Source: Glaucostegus cemiculus (taxonomy: Eukaryota). Taken from it: a stretch of DNA of 64,000 bases. The stretch lies in assembly GCA_976551045.1 (NCBI GenBank), contig CDPCPM010000026.1, positions 21,452,001-21,516,000 of the forward strand. The letters are read 5' to 3'. The notes under the pieces are model-generated. The model saw only the letters and a program-made list of their open reading frames with translations. It was not told the DNA's origin and searched no databases. The stretch's first letter is position 1; each line of letters opens with the position of its first letter. Below, piece by piece: positions 38,430 through 50,805 of this stretch. The translations under genes and the position numbers were made by a program.

Positions 38430-39180
38430 AGTAGTTAAAAATAATCATTTGTATACGGCAGGGACCTAGCACTAACATAAGGGTCCTACTGGCAATTTTA
38501 TTTGCAGGATTTGTCCCTGGAGCACAGCATAAGTAGGCTAAGCAATTAAGAATTTCATGCTGATTGCCTGCAGCATGTTTTCCTATGCTATAAAGATAAT
38601 AGCATGGACGACTGAGCCCTTTTTTTCCTGCATTCATATTAGTACTGTGCTGGATATCTAAAGCCTGTTTGCGCTTTATTAAAGTCACACTCAATTTTAA
38701 ACATATAATGAAATTTGCTGCTCCTGCAGTGTCTCCCGTCACCTCAAACAAACACAAACGTGCCTCAGTGATTTTCACTGCCACCATCTTTAGAGCTGTT
38801 GCATATACAGTAAATTAAAAAGGGAAAAAAATTATCTCATGAAATCGCCTGCTTTGGGTGAAAACCTAATGGTTCCCCTGTATTAACCAGCAGGTTGAGG
38901 TATTCTCACGGCAACTGAGGAATAAATTGAACTGAAGGTTTTAAGCATTATTCTCATTCAGAATTTATCCTTTGATCAACAAACACTTATACATGCACGC
39001 ACAAAAACAACATTTTCAGCAAAGCTCCTCTATTTCACTGCATTTACATTGCAGTCACATCACCTCTGAGAGTGAGTGATAATTGTGGCTGGCCAGTAAA
39101 TTACAACAGCCTCCACATCAATTATAAGCATCACGTCTAGCAATGAAGAAAATGAGATCTTGTGACAAATTTCATGAGCT
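38430..39180. promoter_or_regulatory. Candidate conserved non-coding or enhancer block
   Basis: Free of recognisable repeats; CCTTTGATC (TCF/LEF) at 38969-77, Fox-like AAACAAACA, several TAAT/TTTATT homeodomain cores, scattered retained CpGs. Confidence 0.35.
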
Positions 39181-41387
39181 TTGCTACCCAGAAGCTTTCT
39201 TAACATTCCACAGATAGCAATTCTTTATCTGTGAGAGGTAATGGGAAGGTACAGGGGGCGAGATGAAGAAAGCAACACACTGACAGTCATTTAATTAAAG
39301 TAGGGGGAAAATTTGTAATTTATTTTCAGGTACAGCAAAGCAGAAATTAGAAGCATTTTTGAGTACTTTTTTTTAATAACAGGGTCGATGTTATTAAGCA
39401 TTCTTCTAAAATGCAAAACAGCAGTCTGGCTTGTTATACAGCAAATAACATCAAAGAGGCAAGGATTAAAACAAGTGGACATGGAAAACAGGATGAGTGC
39501 TTGGATGCTTTTTTTATTTAGAAAATGATGGGAATGCTCAGAAAGGGCTGAATGACCACCTATGTCATAATAAAATGCAAGATAATGTGGAGATGTGGTG
39601 ATTGCAAGAATCAAATCCGACACAGACAGAAAACAAACTTTACATAAACACCATCTGATTAACAGTTACTGCTGTCAGAAGTCCTTTATAGAAAACATGT
39701 GTATTTTCACATAACTGAAGGGCACAAAAGAGCAGCAAGCTAGCCCCATGCCTCACAATGGCTGGAACATCATGATTAAACACCCACCCACTCCCGCAAC
39801 ACCAACCCACTAAAGGGAAAATTATAGGAAAGTGTTGGAAAACATATACTGGAAAATTCCTTTCTAACCTGTTCAGGCAGTCAAAACTAATCTGAGAGCT
39901 ATGTTGTTCCACTAATATATTTCTGCCAGCTGATCCCTGCTTTATGAAGCATCTTGATATCAAACTCATTCACGTGAAGAACTTTAAGTTGAAGTACAGT
40001 CACGAACTTCAGAACTGATGCTACTATCAATGTTAGGAATGCCAACTCAGTGGTCCACACCAGTCATATCAGATCGATGAGAACCAGTGGGCCTCTGCAC
40101 AAACTCAAATTACACTGGATTAAACTGTTTATGTGACTATTATTCTGGTTTCAGTTTTTCCAGTTACTGAATACAAAGGAGGAGTGAGGCAATTGGAAAA
40201 ATGGTACAAAAGTTTGGTGTAAATAAAATGCTACAGCATATATATCTGAATCATATTGCAGGTAGTACCATAGAAAACTAATCAGTTGACTGTGTTGCAC
40301 ATGTCAGAGTATTTCAGACATTTGAATCTGATCTGAGATAACTGTGTAACATACAGAGCTCAGACACTGGACGTGCTCTGTATCTGCCCTCTGAACTTTA
40401 TGCCAGTTGTGCATTAAGCTCAGGCCCCTTCATTTGAATGGGATTTCTTGCGTTAATTAAAAACATTTAACAAAGTGTTTTTTTAAATTTCTTTGTATAT
40501 TGTGTAATTTTTTAAAGTAATCCAAATGCTTTTTAAAAATTTTTTAAATTTACAGGCATTATTGAAATTTGCACATTATTGATTAGTGGACGTTTGGATA
40601 TAGTGAAGCAAGTTTTCGAGAACAATGAATTGTCAATGACCATCACGGAGGTGCTGGGAATGGAGCTTCCTGGTCAATGAATGTGGCACAATCATGGAAT
40701 TGAGACCATTGCCAGCCAAGTGGCTACAAGTGGTTACTGTAGCCATAGGGCCACACAAGCAATGGCTTAGTACTGCAGACAGCCAAAAGATGGAAGGGAA
40801 TAAGAACATTAACCAACTGTACTTTGGCTAAGGTGCCACTGAAATTATGCTGTATGAAATTAATAACAAAATTAAAGTGGGGATATTGCTTTTTTAACAA
40901 TAACTGATGGAAACATGTTAATCACATGTGTTAATATATTTATTTCTATTTAATAATGCCATTTCAACTCCACTATGATTAGTAAACACTTTAGTGTATT
41001 GGAGATGATGGCGTAATGTCAGAAATATGCTCTAAGAATTAAAAAATCTTTGTTATAAATTGCTACAATTAGGCAGGTATCAAAAAATAATGAGTTATGA
41101 ACAAAGAATAAATGACATAAAATGCAATAGGACTTCGGACAGAAAATCTGAAAAAAGCTTATTAAGGCTACACAGATGAAATCTACAAGAGTGAAAAGAT
41201 TATGTTAAAACATAATGAAAAATTCAGACGGGAAATTAAAAGAAAAAGCAGGAAATAAAAATAATTGAAGCATGTCAGGACAATAGAAATGAAATGAAAT
41301 GGCAAAAGAGAACAACCCAGAGGTCCAGATTGCAGGTACTTGTACAACAGTGAATATATAAATCTATGTCATGTTCAAAAACCTGCT

Positions 41388-41820
41388 TAACATAGAACAG
41401 TGCAGCACAGGAACAGACTTTTGGCTCACCACGTCTGTGCAAACCACGATTCCATTCTAAACTAATCCCATCCACCTGCACGTGATCTGTATCCCTTTAT
41501 TCCCTGCACTTGTCTAAATGCCTCTTAAACATTGTCATTGGATCTGCTTCTCCCAATTCCATGGCAGCACGTTCGAGGCACCAACCACTCTCTGTGTAAA
41601 GAAAATCTTGCCTCAGATCTTCTTTAAACATTCTCCATCTCACCTTAAACCCATGCCCTTTAGTATTTGACATTTCCACCCTGAGAAAAAGACTTTGGCA
41701 ATCCATACCACTCATAATTTTATATAATTCCATCCGGTCATCCCTGAGCTTCTGATGCTCCAGAGAAAACAATCCAAGTCTGTCCAACCTCTCACCACAA
41801 ATTCTCTCTGATCCAGACAT
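41388..41820 (-). mobile_element. CR1 LINE 3' end, about 430 bp
   Basis: ERLDRLGLFSLEHQKLRDD...NTKGHGFKVR; antisense tail aacatagaacagtgcagcacaggaacag. Confidence 0.93.
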
Positions 41821-42329
41821 TTCATTTTCCTATACTTCCTCTCCACTGGTATTTCTCCACCCTCCTTCTGCCTCATGCTATTGGCAATCAAATCTTATGA
41901 ATAAATTGTGCAGGTTCACCTGTGACTCCCTCCTTTCATAAATGGGGAAGTTTGGATGCAAATAACAGACAAGGCCCAAGAAATATGCCTGCATAAAACA
42001 AGAAAAGCTGGCACTGTGGGGCTGAAAATTATGCTAAAGCAAAGTTAACCAATTTTGCATCCGTTTCTGGCAAAGGTAACAGCAGTTGTTAACGTTGCAT
42101 TGCGTGAGATTCTTGTGTATTCTAACATTATTTATCTTGTGTGTAACTCGCCTTATTGTTGGCAACAGCCAAGCAAAACTCAAAGATCATCAGCAGTGAG
42201 GTTTTCAGCCATTTTGGTCTGAATCCTGACTGTTGCTTTAACGATGCTAGAGGCTCAAATCAAACATTAGTTAAGGGTACACAGTTATAGGCAGAGTGCT
42301 ACAGAATACTCTGCCAAACAAACCTTAAG

Positions 42330-44100
42330 GAGTCTGACCCAAATGGTAACTATACCTGCAGCAAGGGTTTGCAGCCTGAGCAACTTCAGTTCTGAGCTGA
42401 AAAGCTGGAGTTGAAGATTGGGATGCTGCTGCATTAGGAAGGGATAAATTTACCTGGACCCCTTATTCCAAAAGACAATCACACCCCTGGGATTAAATGT
42501 AAGAAGGACAAGAGGATATGGCTTTGAGTGAGTCTTGTCTCAAAGACTGTTCTCTGTCTGGTGTCAGGATTAAAGTCATTTTCTCAGGGCCTGAGAGAAG
42601 TTGTACTGAGAGAGGAAAGATCGAGTTATCATGGTCCATGTAGAATCACGTGGAAACCAATGACAAAGACAGGATGAAGGAGGAGGTTCTGTTCAAGGGT
42701 CTAATTTAAAAAGCAGAACCATAAAACAATAATCTCTGGATTACTACACAAGTCACTCGCAAATTAGCATGAATCAATAAGATCAGAAAATTGAATGCAA
42801 GGTTGAAAGACTGGTATAGGAGAAACGGGTTTCAATTTAATGGGGTACCAGCAGTTGTAGTAGAGAAATTTGCTATGTCACTGATCCGAGTCCGACCCTT
42901 CTGTAGATAGTGGAGAGGGTGGGGTGTAGAATAAGGAGCAAAGGCTGTGGTGAGATAGGAATCTGGTGAAGGGAAGTTTAGAAAGTTGAAAAAATGGAGA
43001 AAGCAATAGTTCATGTTAGCAAAATGGGTAATGATATCCAGAATGCACCAGCAAAGGACAGAGCATACACATCAACCAGGGTCCATTGACTGTGAGTCAG
43101 AGAAGGGAAAAATGGTAAGGAGACAAAATTGAAGTTTCATTACCAAATGCATGCCAATTCATAACAAGCTTGATGAATTAATGGCAATAAACAGATATCA
43201 GTGAATAAAACCTAATGGCTATTTACACAGGCAAGGGTCCAATGTGACCAAAGTTGGGAATTAAATATTCCCGAAAACACAACTTTTAGAAAAGGTAGGC
43301 AAAAGGAGGATGGGATAAAGACAGGAGAGAGAAAGGATATTAGCTCGGGAAATCAAGAAGTCATATCAGTTTGGGTGCAGCTAAGAAGCAGCAAGAAAAA
43401 GAAGACATTGGCAGGAGTCATATAAGACATTCAAAGAGTAGTGGTACCATAGGGCACAGTATAAATAAGGAAATTAGAGGCACGTTAAAAATTATTGAAT
43501 TCAATCTGAAATAAGGGTCTTCATTCTAAACAAAGCAAACTATGAATACATGAAGCACATTGCAGTAAACAAGCAATGGCGAAAATTTGTAGAATTACTG
43601 CATAGTTTACAACAAATATATATGCCTTAAGGCATGAACCCCAAACATGAAGAGTGATCCAACCAAGGCTAACAAGAGAAGTTAAAACCAATATTAGATC
43701 AAAGAAAAGTGTTTATAATGTTTTCAAAAAGAGCACGAAGCCTGAGGATTGGAAAAATTTTTGAATTTGACAAGGAAAAAAGAAAGTAGAACACATGAGT
43801 AATCCAACAAAAACATTTAAAACACACTATTAATGTAAAAGGAAAAATATTAGCAGAAATCAATGTGGATTCCTGACTGATAGACAGACATGATGTTGGG
43901 AAATAAGGAAAATGCAGATAAATTAAGCAAAAACTTTGCATCTGTCAGAGTGCTTAGAAAAAGGATTGGGTAGACTCAGCACAGATTTGTGAAAGGAAAT
44001 CATATTTGATAATAAACCAAAAATAAACCATTCGATGTGGTATTTTTCAACTTTCAGACAGTTTTTTTATGATATGCCACACAAGAGATATAATGAGAGG
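42330..44100 (+). mobile_element. Old, internally deleted CR1 retaining ORF1 (zinc-finger/coiled-coil and SGNH esterase) and ORF2 endonuclease/RT remnants
   Basis: aactatacctgcagcaag...(NYTCSK.LQ.EQLQ); cacgtggaaaccaatgac (HV.TND, decayed GTND); aaaagcagaacc...ataatctctggatta (KSRT..IISGL); tgggaattaaatattccc (WELNIP); gatgtggtatttttcaactttcag (DVVFFNFQ). Confidence 0.8.
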
Positions 44101-44117
44101 GGATAACATAAAGACAG

Positions 44118-44180
44118 GGTGCTGAATGCTTTCGGGATTTTCTGTTTTTGTTTCGGATTTCCAGTATCTGTAGTTTTTTA
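44118..44180 (+). mobile_element. Penelope-like terminal fragment
   Basis: tgctgaatgctttcgggattttctgtttttgtttcggatttccagtatctgtagtttttt. Confidence 0.55.
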
Positions 44181-44229
44181 CTCCACCTAAAATATCAGAT
44201 TGCACAGCACAGCATGATGGCAAACTAAG

Positions 44230-44670
44230 CCAAAGGATATGATTATGAAGTTGTACCTGGCCTTTGTAAGATGCATCAGGTGGATGACATTGATTCTATT
44301 GGAGAATTAAAAGAGCATTGCAAGATAGATTCAGGCATTTAGAGACTGAGTTTCCTGGAAATATTGCTTACTCTGGCACTTCACTCTCTGGGGAAGAGAC
44401 TGCCGATTTTCAAAGGTACAATGGATTTAGTCCAGGAAAACTCTCTGGGCAAATCAACAGAGGCAAGGAAAGAGTTTAAATGTAAGAAAACCAAAAGAAT
44501 ACAGAAAATGCAAGCAACTTTTTTGTTTGGTAATCAGTGCCAGTGTGGAACATTCTACCAAAGGATGGAAGATCAGAAAACAACAGCAGGTTCTTCAGGC
44601 ACAGGAATCGATTAATTCCTGTTAGGAACGGGAACACAGAGCTATTAGCTGTAGGATTGCATTAAGGAAA
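44230..44670 (+). mobile_element. Very old CR1 3' fragment
   Basis: atgaagttgtacctggcctttgtaaga (MKLYLAFVR), gatgacattgattctattggag, gtgtggaacattctacca (VWNILP). Confidence 0.55.
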
Positions 44671-45059
44671 CTGAAAAAAATTGAATTAGGCAGTAATTTT
44701 GATTTAAGCAATCTTTAATTAACAGCAGTAGACTGTATGTTCCTAATAAAAACTGGCACCAAATAAAATGTCACTTTATAGGAACTGTTGCATGAAAACA
44801 CACCACATGTCAGTTATGGTTGTTAAACAACTAAAAAGAGGGGGAAAATTCCAAAATAATCAGATTCTGCCTTAAGTTTCTAGTTAGCAGAAAATAATGC
44901 AGATTATATATTTAACTAGGTTTGCAGAAAAGGTCACTGTCACCACTCAGGGAACCCAAGTCAGTTTACTGGCCAGATGTAGAGATTTGAAACTTTTTAA
45001 TTACAATCTACAGAAAGCAGTCCAAGGAAGAGCAGTGAGAGGCACAGTGTTGGAATGAG

Positions 45060-45320
45060 CCCAGTGTCACACACTTATTTAAATTTGCTGACAGCAGAGA
45101 AATGAATCATTTTGTTGCTGCTTTGGGCAGAGACTGCTTATTTGTTTTCCCTATTTTTAGCGAGTGCTGCCTTGAAAGCTACACAGGTCAGGGTCTTGAT
45201 TAAAATTCATTTTCCAAAAAGCTTTAATCAGGAAGCAGCACAGAGGGGGAAAGTAACAGGGACTGCTTTAAACTGTTAACTGTTGTGTAATGGTTGAGTC
45301 AGCTGATGACTGTGTTTATA
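45060..45320. promoter_or_regulatory. Candidate enhancer-like non-repeat block
   Basis: TTATTTGTTT (Fox-like), AGGTCAgGGTCT, TGATTAA, TTAATCA, and TGAGTCA overlapping the E-box CAGCTG. Confidence 0.25.
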
Positions 45321-45799
45321 CCAAGCTACTGACATTGTTGTTTGACATTATCTCCTTGGACAGTGTGAAGATCAACAAAGCATAGATTAGTACAAGTCAT
45401 CAAGGAACATCCAAAATTTATATTTTTTTTGAGTTTCAGCTTCTCCTTGAATTGATCTGATCTCAAAAATGTAAATAAAAATAAAGTACAGTAATTTATA
45501 TATTTTTTAAAAGTTTAAAATCATATTCAATTGGCAGGACAAATAAAACATATCCTTCCAGAGTTCCACTGCAATTTGAAATTCTCTGTTGCCCATGTTA
45601 CACAAGCTTATATGTTTCTGGACATATTATTTTACAAAATATTTACGTATGTTTAAAGTAAGAAATCAACCAATATCTGGAAACAGAAATCCTCCCTACC
45701 AGTGCACTGATATTATTTTAAAATATTAGTATACAGCATAAAACTTTCCCTGGACAATCTGTACAATTCATACCAATGGCAATCCCAGTCTCACCCATT

Positions 45800-45972
45800 C
45801 ATAGATATTCTTTTCGTTTTACACATTCCTCCCAAAATTTTTCCTTGCAACTTAAAACTACCTTTTCTCTTTCTCAATTCTGATGAAGGGTCTTCAAAGT
45901 GAAATATTAATAGTTTCTCTTTCCACAGATCCTGGCTGACCGGCTGAGTGTTTTCAGCATTTTTTGTTTTTA
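45800..45972 (+). mobile_element. Penelope-like terminal repeat remnant with a decayed hammerhead core
   Basis: ttCTGATGAagggtcttcaaagtGAAAtattaatagtttctctttccacagatcctggctgaccggctgagtgttttcagcattttttgttttt. Confidence 0.65.
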
Positions 45973-47889
45973 TTATAAAACTTCTCAAGTTACCAAAGGT
46001 GAATAATGTAACTAGCCACAGTCACTTCACTTTAAATGACCTGCAGTTTTTGGCAATGCAATTGAATGCTACTCCTTCAACAAATGGCCAAAAACAAACT
46101 AGTACTCTTTCCATTGATGTACACACTTAGAGCTGAAATAGTTCACAAACAACACATAGCAATTAGAAATTTCAAGTACATAATTTAATCAGGGTTAGAA
46201 GTTGGTTGTAAATTGCTCAAACTTCACTCCCGTAGTTTATGATGTCATCTGAACCCTTCGTTTACATTATAGCCTCATAATCACTCCCAGATACCTACTA
46301 TTCTTTGCTTAATTTGAGTGTTAACGGTAATATTTTTAATCTAAACCAGAAGTTAAAAAAAATGATGTGTCAGAATGCAGCAGCAAAAGCTCACTCACTT
46401 GCCAGCAGTGACTTAAAATGAGTCAGGCGATTGGAAAAATAACAATCAATGTTCGCAAGGCGACATTCGTTTTCCAAGATTTACAGAAAACATCTTAAGT
46501 TTAAAAATTTTAACCTTTAAGGCATGATCCAATGAGAAGTGGATGAACCTCCAGCTCAATGTAAAAACATCAGTAAACAAAGAAATTCCATTCTGGAGGG
46601 TCTTCCTTTCTTGTATTACACTGAAAATAATGGTGAAAATGGAGAGGAAGAGTTCCCCAACGTGAATAAATTGCACATTTACATGGTGTCATCTGGATTG
46701 CTAACAGTTAATAGCAGCCAAGTATAATGACATGAGAGCTGAATTTAAAGGTGTAGTTTAAAAATTTGGAAGTGATTTCACAATGCTTGCTTGCAGATTT
46801 CAGGCACTGTACACCATTCTATCACTTGCAGAAATTGTTGAAATGCCCTGACTTGTGCCTCGCTCATTCCTGCCTCAAGAGTAGAAGCAAGAATAACTCT
46901 CATCAGCCATTTACACTGATGATTTTCAAATGTAATATTTGTTGTTTACTCTGCTACTTTTCATGTTATCAATTTTTAATATTGATCTGTTTTGATTAAA
47001 GCTCTAAGATTAATGTAGAAAGTACTGCAAATACATAGGTTTGTCAACATCTCAGAGAAGGACAAGTTAATGGCAATTCTTCATTAGAACTCAGTCTTTC
47101 TGTGAGGATTTTACTCAAAAGAAGACCTTGCCCTTTTTCCTCCAGGTGCTAACCACTCTCATACACAATTCCAATTTTGTAAGTCCGCTTTAATTTTAAT
47201 AACCTTTGTGACTGTCAGTGTAGAACATACAAGAAATTCAAACACAAATTGCCAATGACTTTCTGCTCAAAACTAACGCTTATGTCTCACCTTTCAGTTT
47301 CTTGGGAAAGGCAGTCCAGACTGCTATGTTTTATCCTTTGCTTTAAGAGAAGGGCATAATGCCCCTTTCTTCAGGGTTTTTTTAATGACCTTAAAACAAA
47401 ACAGCAGGCACTGCAACTAGTATAAATATGCAAGCGTTAAACTTCTAACCAACTATGATGCTCCACAAATAAATATTCTCTTTGAACAGCTAATGAACCA
47501 CTTAACTAGTACAAATGCTGAAAGACTCATTAAGGTGTGCAACTGTTTTTTTTAAAACAATGGCCCAGAGAATTTCAAGAAATAAAATTTCAGCCACCTG
47601 CCTCTGATAGGCTCAGAAATTCATCTACTCCAAAAATGGAGCATCAGCACTTTCAAAATTGTCAAAGGATTGCAATTACATGCAATCACAAAGGCACATT
47701 TGTTTTTTCACATGTAAACTGTCCTGCCCAAATGGAAACATTCAGTACAATTTTGCATGTTTGCCTATACTTAGTCATGGAGCTCTGACTTTAGATCTCC
47801 AGACCTACAACAAACACCCGTACAGTATGTATCAAACCACTGGGTTACGAGTTGAAAATGGGGTGTATAAGGCAGATACTAGAGATGGG

Positions 47890-48070
47890 AGGCAGTGAGT
47901 CCCCAGATTGACAGATCAAGACCTTGAAATCTTATTGAGGGAATCCACTCCAGGAGAATATGGTCTCTGTGCCAGAAGGGCTAGCTAGGGCAACAGGGAG
48001 CTCACTGACAGGAGTCACAAGTCCCAAAACATGGTACAATATAGGAATTAGTATAATGACTTCACAAGAT
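47890..48070 (+). pseudogene. Fossil Myb/SANT-like DNA-binding ORF of a PIF/Harbinger transposon
   Basis: Manual translation: VPRLTDQDLEILL from 47899, and PKTW/QYRN*YNDFTR at 48023-48069; these resemble the RxPRFSDxxLExL and RTxxQCRKKFNDL motifs of Harbinger Myb-like proteins. Confidence 0.55.
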
Positions 48071-49009
48071 ATGAAGATGACACTGCTGCACTACTCACGT
48101 GCCACTGGCATGTTTCCTTAGCCTCAACACATGGGCCACTCAGCAGAGTTGAAAGGAGGCAGTATGGTGTAGTGGTAGGACAGAAGCTGGAGCTACATTT
48201 GTGACACAACTGTACTGGTAAGAAATTTACACAACCACACTGGTTTGAAAGTTACTTTTACTCCTGTCATTCAGGAATCTACTATCTCTCCATTCCATTC
48301 AACGACAGCCAGACCAGTGTCACCTCTCCATCCTGCCATACTTACAGATAGGGAGTAATACACTCAGTCATCAATGTCATAGGAACACCTCAAGAATACG
48401 CTTCCTATCTCACATGCCAAGGTTACACGTGATCACAACTTACAACTCCAGATAGGAAGAGGTAGTCCTCCTGGCCTGTAAGACTGACTGGAGGTGAATA
48501 CCCTGCTCACAACCATCACAAAAGGGATATAATGGCTTGATGTGATACTGAGGCAAATAGCACACTTTACTTTTTTATTGCAAAGGTTGATGTTACCATT
48601 GTATGCTTGACACATTACATGTTAGAAGAGGTAAAACTTGTTCTCAACTAATAAGCACTTATTCAATTTCAAGAATATAATTCAGTGGCTCATTTTTGTG
48701 TGGAGAATGTAAGAATGCTGCAGATTCTTCGAGGTGAGGTCAAGGTCTTTTTATTATCAGGGTAAGACATCTGTTGTGGTGGCAGACATCTAGGAGAGGC
48801 CTGGAATCAGCTGACCTTTGTACCTAATGAGAATCTGTGGCACACAGGGTGATGCTGATGCACATTCAGGTTTGACCCTGTTCTGTGCCACCTGTCATTC
48901 CAGTGATATTTGTTGCAGGTGCTACTGGTGGTGTCTCAGCCCCCCTTCCCTGTCCTCTTCCTGCTATTCTTTTTCTTGCTGAAAGATCTGGGCAAGGACT
49001 CTTTGCCAA

Positions 49010-49370
49010 GTTTGTTATGTTGTCCAGTAAGCAACAGAGAATGACAAAGTGGAAGAACTTGGCTGGTGTGCATTCCCACAGTGGTGTGGACAGTAAAATC
49101 TCATTTTAAGGAATTCACTAGCAATCTCCCCTCAGTCCTTGGCAATGCCATGGTTTTTATTACAGTGGTGCTCAGCAGTAGGACACACAGGGATGTAAAG
49201 GCATATAAACAGCAGATGACCCTTATCCCCCAGCATCCATCCATCTATCTGGAGATGACTGGAGCTGCGAAGTCAAGGAATGAGGGAGTTATACAAGCTC
49301 CCAGGATAATTTGAATTAATCCTGCAGAAATTCTTCGTGGTTGGCAACAATTTGAACAGAGAAGGTTGAA
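49010..49370 (-). pseudogene. Fossil PIF/Harbinger (HARBI1-like) DDE transposase fragment
   Basis: Manual minus-strand translation, collinear across frameshifts: SVQIVANH, NYPGSLYNSLI, GWMLGDKGH (49216-49242), PTAEHHCNKNH, FLKMRFYC, VILCCLLDNI; these match Harbinger motifs NVQxVCD, YPGSxHD, WLLGDxGY, ERRYNxxH, LKxRFRCL and CCxLHN. Confidence 0.82.
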
Positions 49371-50729
49371 GTTCTTAAATGCTAGTGGAGATATGTAAAA
49401 ATCTCAGTGTTGATAGGGAGCAGGCTTTAGAATCAACAGGCATTATAATCAAAAGTTGCAAGTAAAAGCATGGACATTCCTTTAAATTGCACAGCGGTAG
49501 ACCAAATTATGTATTGAAACTATGGTTGGTCTATGATTGGCCACAGCAGAGGAGTTTTGGAAAAACTGATTGAATTGCACCCAGTAAAACTGAAAAAACT
49601 AGGTTGCATAAAGAGTGACATCAGTCAGCGTGTGTCCAGTGCTGGAAATGCTTCATTTTAGCAAGTGCTACTCACTTTGGGACGTGCCCTGTCAACCTTC
49701 CAGACTGACACAAAGTGACCTGGAAATGATAGTTATCATATTTTACTCTTGGAAAATTTGATTTTCTATTGCATAATACTGAAAAAAGTATTACACAGTT
49801 GGACTTCTAGGCCCCATTTTCCACAAGGACAGCTACTAAACTGTTTGTAGAAGTAAGGCACCCACTCAACAAAAGATGTTGTCACAAATCCAGTAGACAA
49901 ACTGCCAAGTCATACTGGGATTCAATGCTCAGAAATTCTGTTAGGCAATTTGAAAATGCACATGATTTAAACAATGGCATTGTGCTCGAGTAAGAATACA
50001 AATTAACGCCATAAATCATATGTGGAAGAAGGAAATTTGCACTGCACAGAACTACAAAAGAAGCTGCTGTGAACAGGAACACAGTAACAATACTATAGGA
50101 ATGAAGAAATCATCACTCTGAGAAAGGGACCTCTCATGTTCAATGACAATTAAATAAATTCCAGATCCCACCACCTCCCTGATGCTTAGTGACTGAGACC
50201 CAAGCCCACACCAGTCTTGCTGTATTAAACCACAGATGGCCCTGTGCTATGACATTCTATTGAGTAAGAACTAGATGAGGACCATTCTAGATGACTCCTT
50301 TAAGGAAAGCCAGCATGAGGATGGAACTGGAGTTAAACCACTGTGTATAAGATGCATCATTTAATAATGCACTAAAAATCTATTGCAAAGTCCGTATCTG
50401 CATAGGTTCATATGGAAAAAAAAAATGCTTCCCCAAGTCTGTTGAAAGGGGTGTTGCTTTAATATAATCAGTAGTAGCAATAAATTCCTTTGTATACTTT
50501 TTTGAGATACACCATTATGGGTCCCTCACATGAATTTTAAGTTGTCTGACTATCTGAAGGACAACAGTGCTGGCTTTGATAACTTTATACTATTTCTAAT
50601 GTTTGTGACACCATAAATTTTGTCTGAATACTGAATGGTGTAACGGACAAACTCTATTAATAATCTCAGCCCAATCTATCCCTGCTTTTGTTATATTCCC
50701 TCTGAGCAACTGAACTGGGAGTTTTCAGC

Positions 50730-50805
50730 ACCTGACCTGTTGAGTATTTCCAGCATTTTCTGATTTTAGTTCATATTTCCTGCATCTGCTGTTTTCTGAT
50801 TTTTG
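50730..50805 (+). mobile_element. Penelope-like terminal fragment
   Basis: cctgacctgttgagtatttccagcattttctgattttagttcatatttcctgcatctgctgttttctg. Confidence 0.6.

Noticed and set aside
47344-47383. Hairpin followed by a T-run resembling a rho-independent terminator
   Set aside because: Eukaryotic context; no upstream gene and no Helitron CTRR end
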